Shown: in pieces, positions 7,901-16,228 of the stretch
Position numbering within the stretch: the stretch's first letter is position 1
How the letters are laid out: every line of letters starts with the position of its first letter
Assembly: GCA_903845055.1 (NCBI GenBank)
Contig: CAIMWF010000072.1
Span: forward strand, 4,173-68,172
Source of the DNA: an uncultured Bacteroidales bacterium
GTDB lineage: Bacteria > Bacteroidota > Bacteroidia > Bacteroidales > FEN-979
Length of the DNA: 64,000 nucleotides
Direction of reading: 5' to 3'
Notes under the pieces: generated by a model
The model's input: the letters and a program-made list of their open reading frames with translations, nothing else
What the model was told of the DNA's origin: nothing
The model's database searches: none
Translations under genes and position numbers: made by a program

Positions 7901-9248
7901 CGGCTATGTTACCAACGGCGTGCACCTGCCCACATGGACTGCCAAATCGTGGCAACAGCTGTATGCCAAGGAATTCGGTAACGGTTTTTTTGAGGACCAG
8001 TCAAACCCGTCTTACTGGAAGAATATCCACAAGGTTGACGATGAAACGATCTGGAACACCAAGCTGAAACAAAAGGGGCAGATGAATGAATTCCTTTTAA
8101 GTCATCTTTACGACGACATGACCCGTCGTCACGAAAATCCCAAACTGATCTTCAAGATCCGTGAACTGGTCAACCCCAAGGCCCTTACCATCGGTTTTGC
8201 CAGGCGTTTTGCCACCTATAAAAGGGCACACCTGCTGTTCAGCAACCTCGACCGGTTGTCGAGGATCGTAAACAACAAGGAAAAACCGGTTCAGTTCATG
8301 TTTGCCGGCAAGGCGCACCCGAACGATAAAGCCGGTCAGGATCTCATCAAGCGCATATACGAGATTTCGCACATTCCCGAATTTGTCGGTAAGATCTTCT
8401 TTTTCGAAAACTACGATATGGAGGTGGCCAAATACCTCATCAAAGGGGTCGATATCTGGCTCAACACGCCGACACGTCCCCTGGAGGCTTCCGGCACCAG
8501 TGGTGAAAAGGCGGTGATGAACGGCGTGGTGAATTTCAGCGTACTCGACGGATGGTGGGCCGAAGGCTACCGTCCCAACGCCGGCTGGGCCCTCAAGGAA
8601 GAGGCGACCTACGACAATCACCAGTTCCAGGATGAACTGGATGCCGAAACCATCTATTCGATCCTGGAAGAGGAGATCATCCCCATCTATTACGACGTCA
8701 ACGCACAGAAAATCCCGGAAAAATGGGTCTCCTACATCAAGAACACCATTTCCGAAATTGCGCCGCACTTTACCATGAAACGCCAGCTGGATGACTACAT
8801 CCGCCAGTATTACAATCCTTTGTTCAAGCGCACCCGGCTGATGTCGGCCAAAAATTATGAAATGGCCCGGCATGTGGCCAACTGGAAACGGAAAGTCGCC
8901 CGTGGATGGGAGAGCATTGAGGTGATCGCGGTCAATATCCCCGATTCAAACCAGAAACCATTGTCGCTCGGCGAATCGTTCAAGGCAGAGATCATTCTCG
9001 ACCTGAATGAACTTGCCGGGACCGACATCGGGATTGAAGTACTCTTCGGTAAAAAAATAAACGATGAGGTGAAGGAACCGAGTTTCATCGAGGAGATGTC
9101 GCTTCTGAAGACTGAAAATAACATCGCGACCTTTACCTGCGACATTCCCATCAACCAGGCGGGTGTTCACGATTTTGCCTTCAGGCTTTTCCCGAAGAAC
9201 CCGTTGCTTCCGCACCGCCAGGATTTCAACCTGGTTACCTGGATTTAG
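4998..9248 (+). CDS. Fusion protein: eukaryote-type glycogen synthase (GT3) N-terminal half + alpha-glucan phosphorylase (GT35, DUF3417-type) C-terminal half
   Basis: One uninterrupted 1416-codon ORF. The N-terminus 'FETSWEVCNKISGIHTAIATKA' matches the GT3 glycogen synthase signature. From about aa 575, 'LWWSWNYEG' is the DUF3417-type phosphorylase N-terminus. 'EASGTSGEKAVMNG' is the PLP-lysine motif (Lys codon at 8508-8510). Confidence 0.85.
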   Translation: MMKDKLLVTPDYLFETSWEVCNKISGIHTAIATKARILAEEFKDNYILIGPDVWKETHKNPEFIEDKFLYKSWREIAEDSGLRLRVGRWNIPGKPVVVLVDFTSYFTEKDKIFAHFWEHYKLDSLSGDWDYVEPAFFGYAAGMIIESFYNCNLSHHDKIIAQFHEWKTGTGILYLKEMVPQVGTVFTSHGTVLGRTIATHGLPLYSNLENYNSEAIARQFGVLAKFSLEKLSANEADFFTTPSEITNNECRHFLEKEADLITPNGFDDSWVPPNEEFSEKRSTSRRKLLEVAGALTGQQFAADSILVLNSSRYEIRNKGIEIFIDALGTLNSQSKAPQTLIAFIAVSSGLNGPRIDLLDRMHTGDIGQPRPEEYTTHVVADPDNDLILSRIKANALMNRPEDKVKVIYVPTYLNGEDGIFNLTYYDLLIGFDGTVYPSYYEPWGYSALESVSYHIPTITTSVTGFGQWIRTLFPNIKDCTTVIERNDDNDQEVVDNIVKHIQNCISKTEKEIIKIRIKAYEISRSVLWKNLIGNYREAYSDALAGTAGRAEQYAGKQPQLLASSPKSFVEVKPEWRKVLIQQRVPENLASLDRLAKNLWWSWNYEGSELFEMINKERWYELKFNPIALIESLSFKELQNLSVNEKFIAKLEKVTAEFNSYMAKASEKPQELVAYFSMEYGLHDTVKIFSGGLGMLAGDYLKEASDSNYNIVGVGLLYRYGYFTQSLSIFGDQVAIYTPQKFTHMPLIPVRDEQGNWIKTSFALPGRTMYAKIWRCDVGRVPLYLMDTDIEENAESDRSITYQLYGGDNENRLRQELLLGIGGIRMLDAIGINPNVYHSNEGHSAFIGLERLRKFIQNEKLTFQQAMEMVRCSTLFTTHTPVPAGHDTFPEDLLRRYLSHYPDHLNQKWEQFMNLGRMVENDANEKFSMSVLAAKLSQEINGVSKIHGRVTREMFVKLYHGYYPGELHIGYVTNGVHLPTWTAKSWQQLYAKEFGNGFFEDQSNPSYWKNIHKVDDETIWNTKLKQKGQMNEFLLSHLYDDMTRRHENPKLIFKIRELVNPKALTIGFARRFATYKRAHLLFSNLDRLSRIVNNKEKPVQFMFAGKAHPNDKAGQDLIKRIYEISHIPEFVGKIFFFENYDMEVAKYLIKGVDIWLNTPTRPLEASGTSGEKAVMNGVVNFSVLDGWWAEGYRPNAGWALKEEATYDNHQFQDELDAETIYSILEEEIIPIYYDVNAQKIPEKWVSYIKNTISEIAPHFTMKRQLDDYIRQYYNPLFKRTRLMSAKNYEMARHVANWKRKVARGWESIEVIAVNIPDSNQKPLSLGESFKAEIILDLNELAGTDIGIEVLFGKKINDEVKEPSFIEEMSLLKTENNIATFTCDIPINQAGVHDFAFRLFPKNPLLPHRQDFNLVTWI

Positions 9249-9357
9249 GCGAATCTGATCATCCGGGGATTTGCCCGGGTGAAAATAAATGGCCCAGTAC
9301 CTGCGTTATCTGCATTCGCATGATGGAATCCCGGGTGTGCCATTTCTGTGATATTTC

Positions 9358-9365
9358 TATCTTTG
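9358..9365 (+). promoter_or_regulatory. Candidate -7 promoter box (TAnnTTTG) for fabG
   Basis: TATCTTTG, 22 nt upstream of the ATG. Confidence 0.6.
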
Positions 9366-9386
9366 CTAAAAAATTAAATACGACCT

Positions 9387-10133
9387 ATGAAATTGCTTGA
9401 AGGAAAAACAGCCCTGATAACCGGCGCAAACCGGGGGATCGGGAAATCAATCGCCTTAAAATTTGCCGAACATGGCGCCAATGTCGCCTTTTCAGATATC
9501 CAGTACAACGACGATTCAAAACAACTCGAGCAGGAACTTGCCACATTCGGTGTGAAGGCAAAGGGGTATGCTTCCGACGCGAGTTCCTTTACCGACGGCG
9601 AGAGCCTGATCACAAGTATCCTGGAAGATTTCGAAACCATCGATATCCTGGTCAACAATGCAGGCATCACACGCGACAACCTGCTGCTGCGGATGTCCGA
9701 ATCTGACTGGGACCGGGTGATCAACGTAAATCTCAAGTCGGTCTTTAACCTTACCAAGGCCATCCAGCGTGTCATGATCAAGCAGCGCTTCGGCTCCATT
9801 ATCAACATGAGCTCGGTGGTGGGGATTGAAGGCAACAGCGGTCAGTCAAACTATTCCGCCTCCAAAGCTGGCATCATCGGGTTTACCAAATCGATCGCCC
9901 AGGAACTCGGCTCCAGGAACGTACGCTGCAATGCAATCGCCCCTGGTTACATCGAAACCGAGATGACGGCCAAACTGCCCCAGGAATTCCGCGACAAATG
10001 GATCCAGGATATCCCCATGAAACGTGCCGGTACCCCGGATGATGTGGCGAACCTTGCACTTTTCCTGGCCTCCGACCTCAGTTCATATATCAACGGGCAA
10101 GCCATTCCCGTTTGCGGAGGATTGCATACCTGA
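9387..10133 (+). CDS. fabG: 3-oxoacyl-[ACP] reductase
   Basis: 248 aa. 'TGANRGIGKSIA' is the Rossmann motif, and 'NNAG' and 'SSVVG...YSASKAG' form the SDR catalytic S-Y-K set. Typical FabG length. Confidence 0.9.
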   Translation: MKLLEGKTALITGANRGIGKSIALKFAEHGANVAFSDIQYNDDSKQLEQELATFGVKAKGYASDASSFTDGESLITSILEDFETIDILVNNAGITRDNLLLRMSESDWDRVINVNLKSVFNLTKAIQRVMIKQRFGSIINMSSVVGIEGNSGQSNYSASKAGIIGFTKSIAQELGSRNVRCNAIAPGYIETEMTAKLPQEFRDKWIQDIPMKRAGTPDDVANLALFLASDLSSYINGQAIPVCGGLHT

Positions 10134-12199
10134 TGATTACCGAATACCCTTCCGGACTGGTCATTTTATGTCTCCTGCTGGGGGCAGCCTATTCGCTTTT
10201 CCTCTATTTTCACGACATCCGCCGGGGCATGAGGCCGGTGGTCATTTGGAGCATGACCGCCCTTCGGTTTTTCTCCGTCACCATCATTGCCTTCCTGATC
10301 CTCTCACCGATGATCAAACGGACGGAAAAGCGCGTGGAAAAACCCCTGATCGTCATCGGTATCGATAATTCCGGATCCATGGTGCTTACAGCCGATTCAG
10401 GTTATTACCGGTCAAAATTCCCAGTGGAAATCCAGTCGCTTGCCAGTGAACTCGGACAGAAATGCGAGGTAAAGCTTTACTCCTTCAGCGAGCGGCTCAA
10501 ACCCGGATTCACGGGTGATTTCAAAGGGACAAAAACCGATATTTCCTCCTTTTTCACGGAGGTCAATACCAGGTATGCCAACCGGAATGCCGCGGCTGTC
10601 ATCCTGGTCTCCGACGGCATTTACAACGAAGGGACCGACCCGTGGTACGCCGCGCAAAAAATTACATTTCCCGTGTATACCATTGCGCTGGGGGATACCA
10701 CCGTGAAAAAGGATGTCTTCATCCGGAAGATCACCGTGAACAAAACCGCCTATAAAGGAGATAAATTCCCGGTCGAGGTGCTCGTGGAGATGGACAAATG
10801 CAATGGTTCAACAACGAAATTAACGGTATCAAAAGGAACCCAGCTGCTTGATTCGAAAGAGATCAGGGTGAACGGCGACCGTTCCGTGCAGAAAGCAACC
10901 TTCATCCTCGAGGCAAAAGAATCCGGGATGACCCGTTATACGCTGCGCCTCAGCGAGGTAAAAGGGGAGGGAAGCATGCAGAACAACCAGTCGGGGTTTA
11001 TCGTCGAGGTACTCGACGTCAGGCAGAAGATCGCCCTGGTTACCACTTCACCCCATCCCGATGTCACAGCGATCAGGAAAGCACTGGAAGGCTCCTCTCA
11101 TTTTGAAGTTGAGCAGATGGGGGCTGATGAGTTGCCCCGCACCTTTGAAAAATACGACCTGGTCATCCTGAACCAGTTGCCCTCCATTACTTCGGTTACC
11201 GACTTCACAGCATTGCAGAAATCGAAGGTTTCGTTATTGTACATCCTTGGCACCCAAACCGACGTGAATGCGTTCAACCGCATGCAGACAGGCCTGATCA
11301 TCAACGCCTCCAAAAATGCGTTTACCGAATCGCAGCCCGCCATCAATCCCGATTTTTCATTGTTTACGATGGATAACAGGGATGCAGCCGACTTTAAAGA
11401 GTTTCCGCCACTGCAGTCACCTTTCGGTCTCTACCAGGCAAGCCCGATGACGGAGGTTTTCTGTTACCAGAAGATCGGGAATATCGCTACCCGCACGCCG
11501 CTGATCCTCTTCCCGCGGGTCATGGACAGGAAAATCGGCATCATCGCCGGCGAAAATATCTGGCGATGGAGAATCGCCGATTTCATCAAACAGGCCAACC
11601 ATGAGAGCTTTGACGTGTGGATGGATAAGGTGGCACAGTACCTGTCGACCAGGGAGGATAAAAGTTTTTTCAGGATACAGGTAAAGAACCGGATCTTTGA
11701 AAATGAACCGCTTGAATTTGAGGCACAGCTCTTTAACGCCTCGTACGAAATGATCAATCAGCCGGATGTAAACCTGACCCTCACCGACAAAGACCAAAAA
11801 AGCTATCCATACCTATTCAGCAAGACTCAAAAATCCTATTACCTCAATGCAGGCATGTTCCCCGAAGGAGAATACAGCTACACTGCAACCGTTAAATCGG
11901 GCAATAGTCTTTACCAGAAAACTGGGAAACTTTATATAGAACCGGTGAATATCGAGAATTCAAACCTGGTGGCCGATCACAACCTCCTTTTCAGGATCGC
12001 CTCGGCGCATGAGGGGGAGATGGTGTTCAAAGACAACATCCGGTCGCTGGCGGCAAAAATCCTAGCGCGACAGGATATTCATTCGGTGTCCGTTTTCCAG
12101 AAGAGGATGTCCGATCTCATCGGAACCCCCTGGTTGTTTGCACTGATCATCCTCCTGCTTACAGCCGAATGGGTGCTCCGCAAGCGCGAGGGATTATAG
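10133..12199 (+). CDS. Membrane-anchored VWA-like domain protein, function unknown
   Basis: The ATG at 10133 overlaps the fabG TGA (TGATG), so I shortened the track start of 10112. N-terminal TM helices are followed by 'VIGIDNSGSM', a DxSxS MIDAS-like motif. There is a C-terminal TM helix. Confidence 0.55.
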   Translation: MITEYPSGLVILCLLLGAAYSLFLYFHDIRRGMRPVVIWSMTALRFFSVTIIAFLILSPMIKRTEKRVEKPLIVIGIDNSGSMVLTADSGYYRSKFPVEIQSLASELGQKCEVKLYSFSERLKPGFTGDFKGTKTDISSFFTEVNTRYANRNAAAVILVSDGIYNEGTDPWYAAQKITFPVYTIALGDTTVKKDVFIRKITVNKTAYKGDKFPVEVLVEMDKCNGSTTKLTVSKGTQLLDSKEIRVNGDRSVQKATFILEAKESGMTRYTLRLSEVKGEGSMQNNQSGFIVEVLDVRQKIALVTTSPHPDVTAIRKALEGSSHFEVEQMGADELPRTFEKYDLVILNQLPSITSVTDFTALQKSKVSLLYILGTQTDVNAFNRMQTGLIINASKNAFTESQPAINPDFSLFTMDNRDAADFKEFPPLQSPFGLYQASPMTEVFCYQKIGNIATRTPLILFPRVMDRKIGIIAGENIWRWRIADFIKQANHESFDVWMDKVAQYLSTREDKSFFRIQVKNRIFENEPLEFEAQLFNASYEMINQPDVNLTLTDKDQKSYPYLFSKTQKSYYLNAGMFPEGEYSYTATVKSGNSLYQKTGKLYIEPVNIENSNLVADHNLLFRIASAHEGEMVFKDNIRSLAAKILARQDIHSVSVFQKRMSDLIGTPWLFALIILLLTAEWVLRKREGL

Positions 12200-12212
12200 T
12201 CTGTATCCCCTT

Positions 12213-13043
12213 TTACAGATCCCTTGTCAGCAATACAATATAAACTGTTGCTATAAACAAGATGGCATAAATCAAAGGATATAAACATATTGACATTGAA
12301 ACTGAATCCTGCAGGGTCAATCCCATCACCTGTTTTAAAACCGGTATGGCCGGGTATTCGGTAACCCTCAGGATCGAGTTGACAGGCAGGTACGGCGAAA
12401 TGCCGTTTTTATGAACAATCGGACTTTTCAGGAAATAAAAGACAATGGGTTCGACGATAAAAACGTAGAGGGTGAACAATGCGATGGAGAGCCCTGTATT
12501 CCGGAGCATGAAGGCAAAAAAGAGGGCCAGCACCTGGAAACAGAGGATCGTGATGAAAAAACCAACGATGAATGACGATTTCTGGAGGATGAGCTGAAGC
12601 GTGATCCCCGAAGTATGGGAAATCCCGATGATGAAGGTAACCAGTCCAAGCAGAAAGGTCAGGATTACTGAAATCACCAGGATGAGCAGCAGTTTTGAAA
12701 GAAGGAACTCGGCCTTGCTCATGCCGTTGATCATGTTTTGCCGGATGGTTTTAAAGGAATATTCGTTCGTGATCAGGATGATGATCACAATGGCAGGAAA
12801 GATCAGCACGTAACGGATGGTGGCGAAAAAAGATATGTTCTGCCACACCCATGGAAAAAAATAGATGGCGACATGTGGAAAGGGGATCGGCGAGTGCTTG
12901 TTCATGTTATCAACCATGTTGTTGACCATAAATTCGGCCATCATGAGCCCTGCGGCCAGGAATACAAAATAGAGGCCGATCAGTATCCAGAAAATCCGGT
13001 AGGTCCGGATTTTTTTAAATTCGATCTTCAATAGCTTTATCAT
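12213..13043 (-). CDS. ABC-2 type transporter permease
   Basis: 276 aa with about 6 hydrophobic helices. It overlaps the stop of the upstream ABC ATPase gene by 4 nt, suggesting translational coupling. Confidence 0.65.
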   Translation of the reverse strand: MIKLLKIEFKKIRTYRIFWILIGLYFVFLAAGLMMAEFMVNNMVDNMNKHSPIPFPHVAIYFFPWVWQNISFFATIRYVLIFPAIVIIILITNEYSFKTIRQNMINGMSKAEFLLSKLLLILVISVILTFLLGLVTFIIGISHTSGITLQLILQKSSFIVGFFITILCFQVLALFFAFMLRNTGLSIALFTLYVFIVEPIVFYFLKSPIVHKNGISPYLPVNSILRVTEYPAIPVLKQVMGLTLQDSVSMSICLYPLIYAILFIATVYIVLLTRDL

Positions 13044-13935
13044 GCGTTGTCGCGTAAAAGTTCGAGGAAATGTTGTTCAAGGCTGCGTTTGCGCTCTGCC
13101 AGGTGGGTAAGGATCACCCCCTGTGCGAAAAGAAACCGGTTCAGTTCGCCTGGGTTTACCTCACTGTTGAAATAAACCAGGATTTTCTCCCCGGCCACAG
13201 TCGCCGACCGGTAACCGGGAAAGGCTTTGATCGATTCGCTGAGTGCAGCAGGATTTTCGGCCGACAGTTCGTAGGAATCGGAAATCGCCAGGACTTCGCT
13301 GACTTCGCCGTCGAACAGTTTTTTCCCTTTGCTCAGCACAGCCACGTGGGTGCATACCTTCTGAATTTCGTCGAGCAGGTGAGAGGCAATGATGATGGTG
13401 ATGCCCTGCTGCGCGATGAGCAGGATCAGTTCCCTGATGTGCGCGATGCCCTGTGGGTCGAGTCCGTTGGTCGGTTCGTCGAGGATGAGGATGTCGGGAT
13501 TGCCAAGCAGGGCGGAGGCGACGGCCAGGCGCTGCTTCATCCCGAAGGAGAAGGTCCTGAACCGTGAATTTCTCCGTTCATAGAGTCCCGTGAGGTTTAA
13601 AACGCGCCCGATGTCATCGTAGCCGAGATCCTTGATGTCGGCCACGATTTTCAGGTTATTCACCGGGCTGAGATAGGGAAAAAAGTTCGGGCTTTCGATT
13701 ACACTACCGATCCGTTTCCTGCTGGCCTTTGAAGGTGGCTGCCCGAACCATTGAAAGTCGCCCGATCCGGGCCTGATGAGCTCGAGGATTACGCTGAGGG
13801 TGGTGGTTTTCCCGCTGCCGTTGGGTCCCAGCAACCCGAATACCTGGCCTTTCATGACTTCGAGGTTGAGGTCATCGACCGCCTGGATCTTCCCATAGCG
13901 TTTCGAAATGTTGCGGATGGAGAGTACGGTTTCCA
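13040..13935 (-). CDS. ABC transporter ATP-binding protein
   Basis: Walker A 'GPNGSGKTT', signature 'FSFGMKQRL' and Walker B 'ILILDEP'. The start is probably the TTG at 13935 ('METVLSIRNISKRYG'). The track ORF extends to 14017, but that N-terminal extension has no ABC-like sequence. Confidence 0.85.
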
Positions 13936-14067
13936 ATTTATGAAGAATAAAGGGTGAGAAACAATAAATCTTAGACGCTGGCAGGACCGGGTTGTTACAA
14001 ATACAGAAACTATGCAAACAGCCTTTTAACGTATAGATTTAATCCGCGGGTTATTTTCCCTGGATGT

Positions 14068-14775
14068 TCAATGGTACATCAGGAATATCGCCGGTCTTTT
14101 ATGGATGTCGGGGGGCGATTTTTTCCAGTTGCTGATGGTTTTTGATTCAATGGATTCGTTCAGTCCTGTAATTTCGGTGGCGATACAGAGCATGGTATCC
14201 GGGTGGCAAACGGATACCAGCGATTCGAAGAGGTGAAGGTTCCGGTAGGGAGTCTCGATAAATATCTGGGTCTGGTCCTTTTCCCGCGCGGTTCGTTCAA
14301 GCTCCCTGATCTTTTTCACTCTCAGTATCTTGTCGGAAGGGAGGTAACCCGAAAAACAAAAGTCCTGGCCATTGAACCCCGAGGCCATCAGCGCCAGCAG
14401 GATGGAGGAGGGGCCTGTGAGAGGCACCACCCTGATCCCGGTTGCATGGGCAAGCGCGACGATGCGCGAACCGGGGTCGGCTACACATGGAACACCCGCT
14501 TCGGAAAGAAGTCCCACATCGCGCCCTTCTGCAGTGCACGAAAGAAGTTCAGGCAGGTCGGATTCGGTGGAATGCTCATTGAACACCATGAAGGTCAGGT
14601 CGTCGATGGGCTTGCCGATCCCTGCCCTGATGAGAAATCGCCTGGCAGTGCGGATCTCCTCGGCAATAAAAAAGTCGAGGCTCCTCAGCACCGAGAGGGT
14701 CCTGGCCGGGATGACATCTTCGGCTTTTCCTTCGGAGAGCAACGACGGAATGAGGTATAGGGTTCCTTTATTCAT
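14068..14775 (-). CDS. SAM-dependent methyltransferase, tetrapyrrole-methylase fold (RsmI/YraL-like)
   Basis: 'GTLYLIPSLL...' N-terminus and 'SEAGVPCVADPG' motif. The ATG at 14775 overlaps the upstream gene's stop. The track start of 14853 lies inside the upstream gene. Confidence 0.7.
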   Translation of the reverse strand: MNKGTLYLIPSLLSEGKAEDVIPARTLSVLRSLDFFIAEEIRTARRFLIRAGIGKPIDDLTFMVFNEHSTESDLPELLSCTAEGRDVGLLSEAGVPCVADPGSRIVALAHATGIRVVPLTGPSSILLALMASGFNGQDFCFSGYLPSDKILRVKKIRELERTAREKDQTQIFIETPYRNLHLFESLVSVCHPDTMLCIATEITGLNESIESKTISNWKKSPPDIHKRPAIFLMYH

Positions 14776-15739
14776 GATGGCTCCAGGGTAAATTGTCAAG
14801 GTCAACATTTCCTCCTGAGAGGATGATCCCGATATTTTTGCCGGCAATATCAAGTTTTCCTTCCATCAACGCAGCAAAGGGCACGGCTGAGGAAGGTTCG
14901 ACCAGGATCTTCATACGTTCCCAAAGGAACCGCATTGCCTTTATGATGCTCTCCTCCCGCACGGTCACAATCGCGTGAACATGCTGCAGGATGATCGGGA
15001 AAGTGATGGAGCCGAGCGAGGTGCGCAGTCCGTCGGCAATCGTATCGGGGCTCACGGATGGGATGAGGTGTTTTTGGGTGAAGGACTGCCAGGCATCATT
15101 GGCCTGCTCCGGCTCCCCGGCAACAACCTTCGTGGATGGATGGAAATAATGGGCTGAGAGGCAGGTCCCGCTCAGCAAACCTCCGCCGCCTACCGGTGTC
15201 ATCAGGATGTCGAGACCAGGGGCATCTTCAAAGAATTCAAGTGCCGCGGTTGCCTGTCCCGCGATGATGTTCACATTGTTGTAGGGATGGATCTCGGTAG
15301 CCCCTGTTTCGCCGATGACCCTCTCAAGGGTCGATTCCCGCGAATCGAGGTTAGGTTCGCAGAAGGTGATGATGCCGCCATAATCTTTAACCGCTGCCAC
15401 CTTGACCTTCGATGAATCGGAAGGCATCACGATGTGGGCTTTTGCACCTGCGAGCGAGGCAGCCCAGGCAAGGGCCTGCGCGTGGTTGCCCGACGAGTGG
15501 GTGGCGACTCCGTTACGCAGCAATTGCTGATCGAGCGACAACACCGCATTGGTTGCTCCGCGTGCCTTGAAGGCGCCCACCTTCTGAAAATTTTCACATT
15601 TCATGAAAACCCGGGCACCCAGCATGCGGTCGACGGCATGACAGGTCAGCACGGGAGTCCGGTTGACAAAGGGATTTATCCGGGCAGCTGCCTGCAGGAT
15701 GTTTGCTGCATCGGGGATGACAAACGATTCGGTAATCAT
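14768..15739 (-). CDS. PLP-dependent serine/threonine dehydratase family enzyme (threonine ammonia-lyase / serine racemase-like)
   Basis: 'CENFQKVGAFKARGATNAV' carries the PLP-lysine motif, and 'GGGGLLSG' is the phosphate-binding loop. 323 aa with no regulatory ACT domain. Confidence 0.8.
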   Translation of the reverse strand: MITESFVIPDAANILQAAARINPFVNRTPVLTCHAVDRMLGARVFMKCENFQKVGAFKARGATNAVLSLDQQLLRNGVATHSSGNHAQALAWAASLAGAKAHIVMPSDSSKVKVAAVKDYGGIITFCEPNLDSRESTLERVIGETGATEIHPYNNVNIIAGQATAALEFFEDAPGLDILMTPVGGGGLLSGTCLSAHYFHPSTKVVAGEPEQANDAWQSFTQKHLIPSVSPDTIADGLRTSLGSITFPIILQHVHAIVTVREESIIKAMRFLWERMKILVEPSSAVPFAALMEGKLDIAGKNIGIILSGGNVDLDNLPWSHHE

Positions 15740-16212
15740 ATGCCGGGTGTTGAAGTGCGTAATTGCCGGGTGAGTTCCCCGCAGGCCATGTCCAGTTGCT
15801 GGAATACCTTCTCAAAGGCCGCCTCATGATGATACCATGGATCCATGACACCCATATTCTTTCCGGGGGTTAAAACGTTCAGCATGTAATCGACTTTCGA
15901 CCGGTCAGCTTCGTTTCTTGCAAGCTTCATTACATTCCGGTAATGGCCTTCGTCCATCACGAATATGCGGTCGAACCAGTCGAAATCCATGACAGAGAAA
16001 AGCCGGGCGCGAAGACCCGAAATATTAACCCCGTGACGCTCGGCGACAGCCCTGGCGCGGTAATCGGGTGGATCGCCCACATGGAAGGCTTCAAAGCCGC
16101 AGGAATCGATGAATGCAGGAATACCGGCCTCGTCAAGCTGATGCCTCAGGATGCCCTCTGCAAGGGGTGACCGGCAAATGTTACCGGTACAAACGAAAAG
16201 GATGTTTATCAA
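15736..16212 (-). CDS. Low-molecular-weight protein-tyrosine phosphatase
   Basis: 'ILFVCTGNICRSPLAE' is the CX5R(S) P-loop, and a downstream DP motif is present ('HVGDPPD'). I set the start at the TTG at 16212. The track ORF runs to 16425, which overlaps the 3' end of dnaA and is not credible. Confidence 0.85.
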   Translation of the reverse strand: MINILFVCTGNICRSPLAEGILRHQLDEAGIPAFIDSCGFEAFHVGDPPDYRARAVAERHGVNISGLRARLFSVMDFDWFDRIFVMDEGHYRNVMKLARNEADRSKVDYMLNVLTPGKNMGVMDPWYHHEAAFEKVFQQLDMACGELTRQLRTSTPGI

Positions 16213-16228
16213 GGGAAAGGGACTTCGG

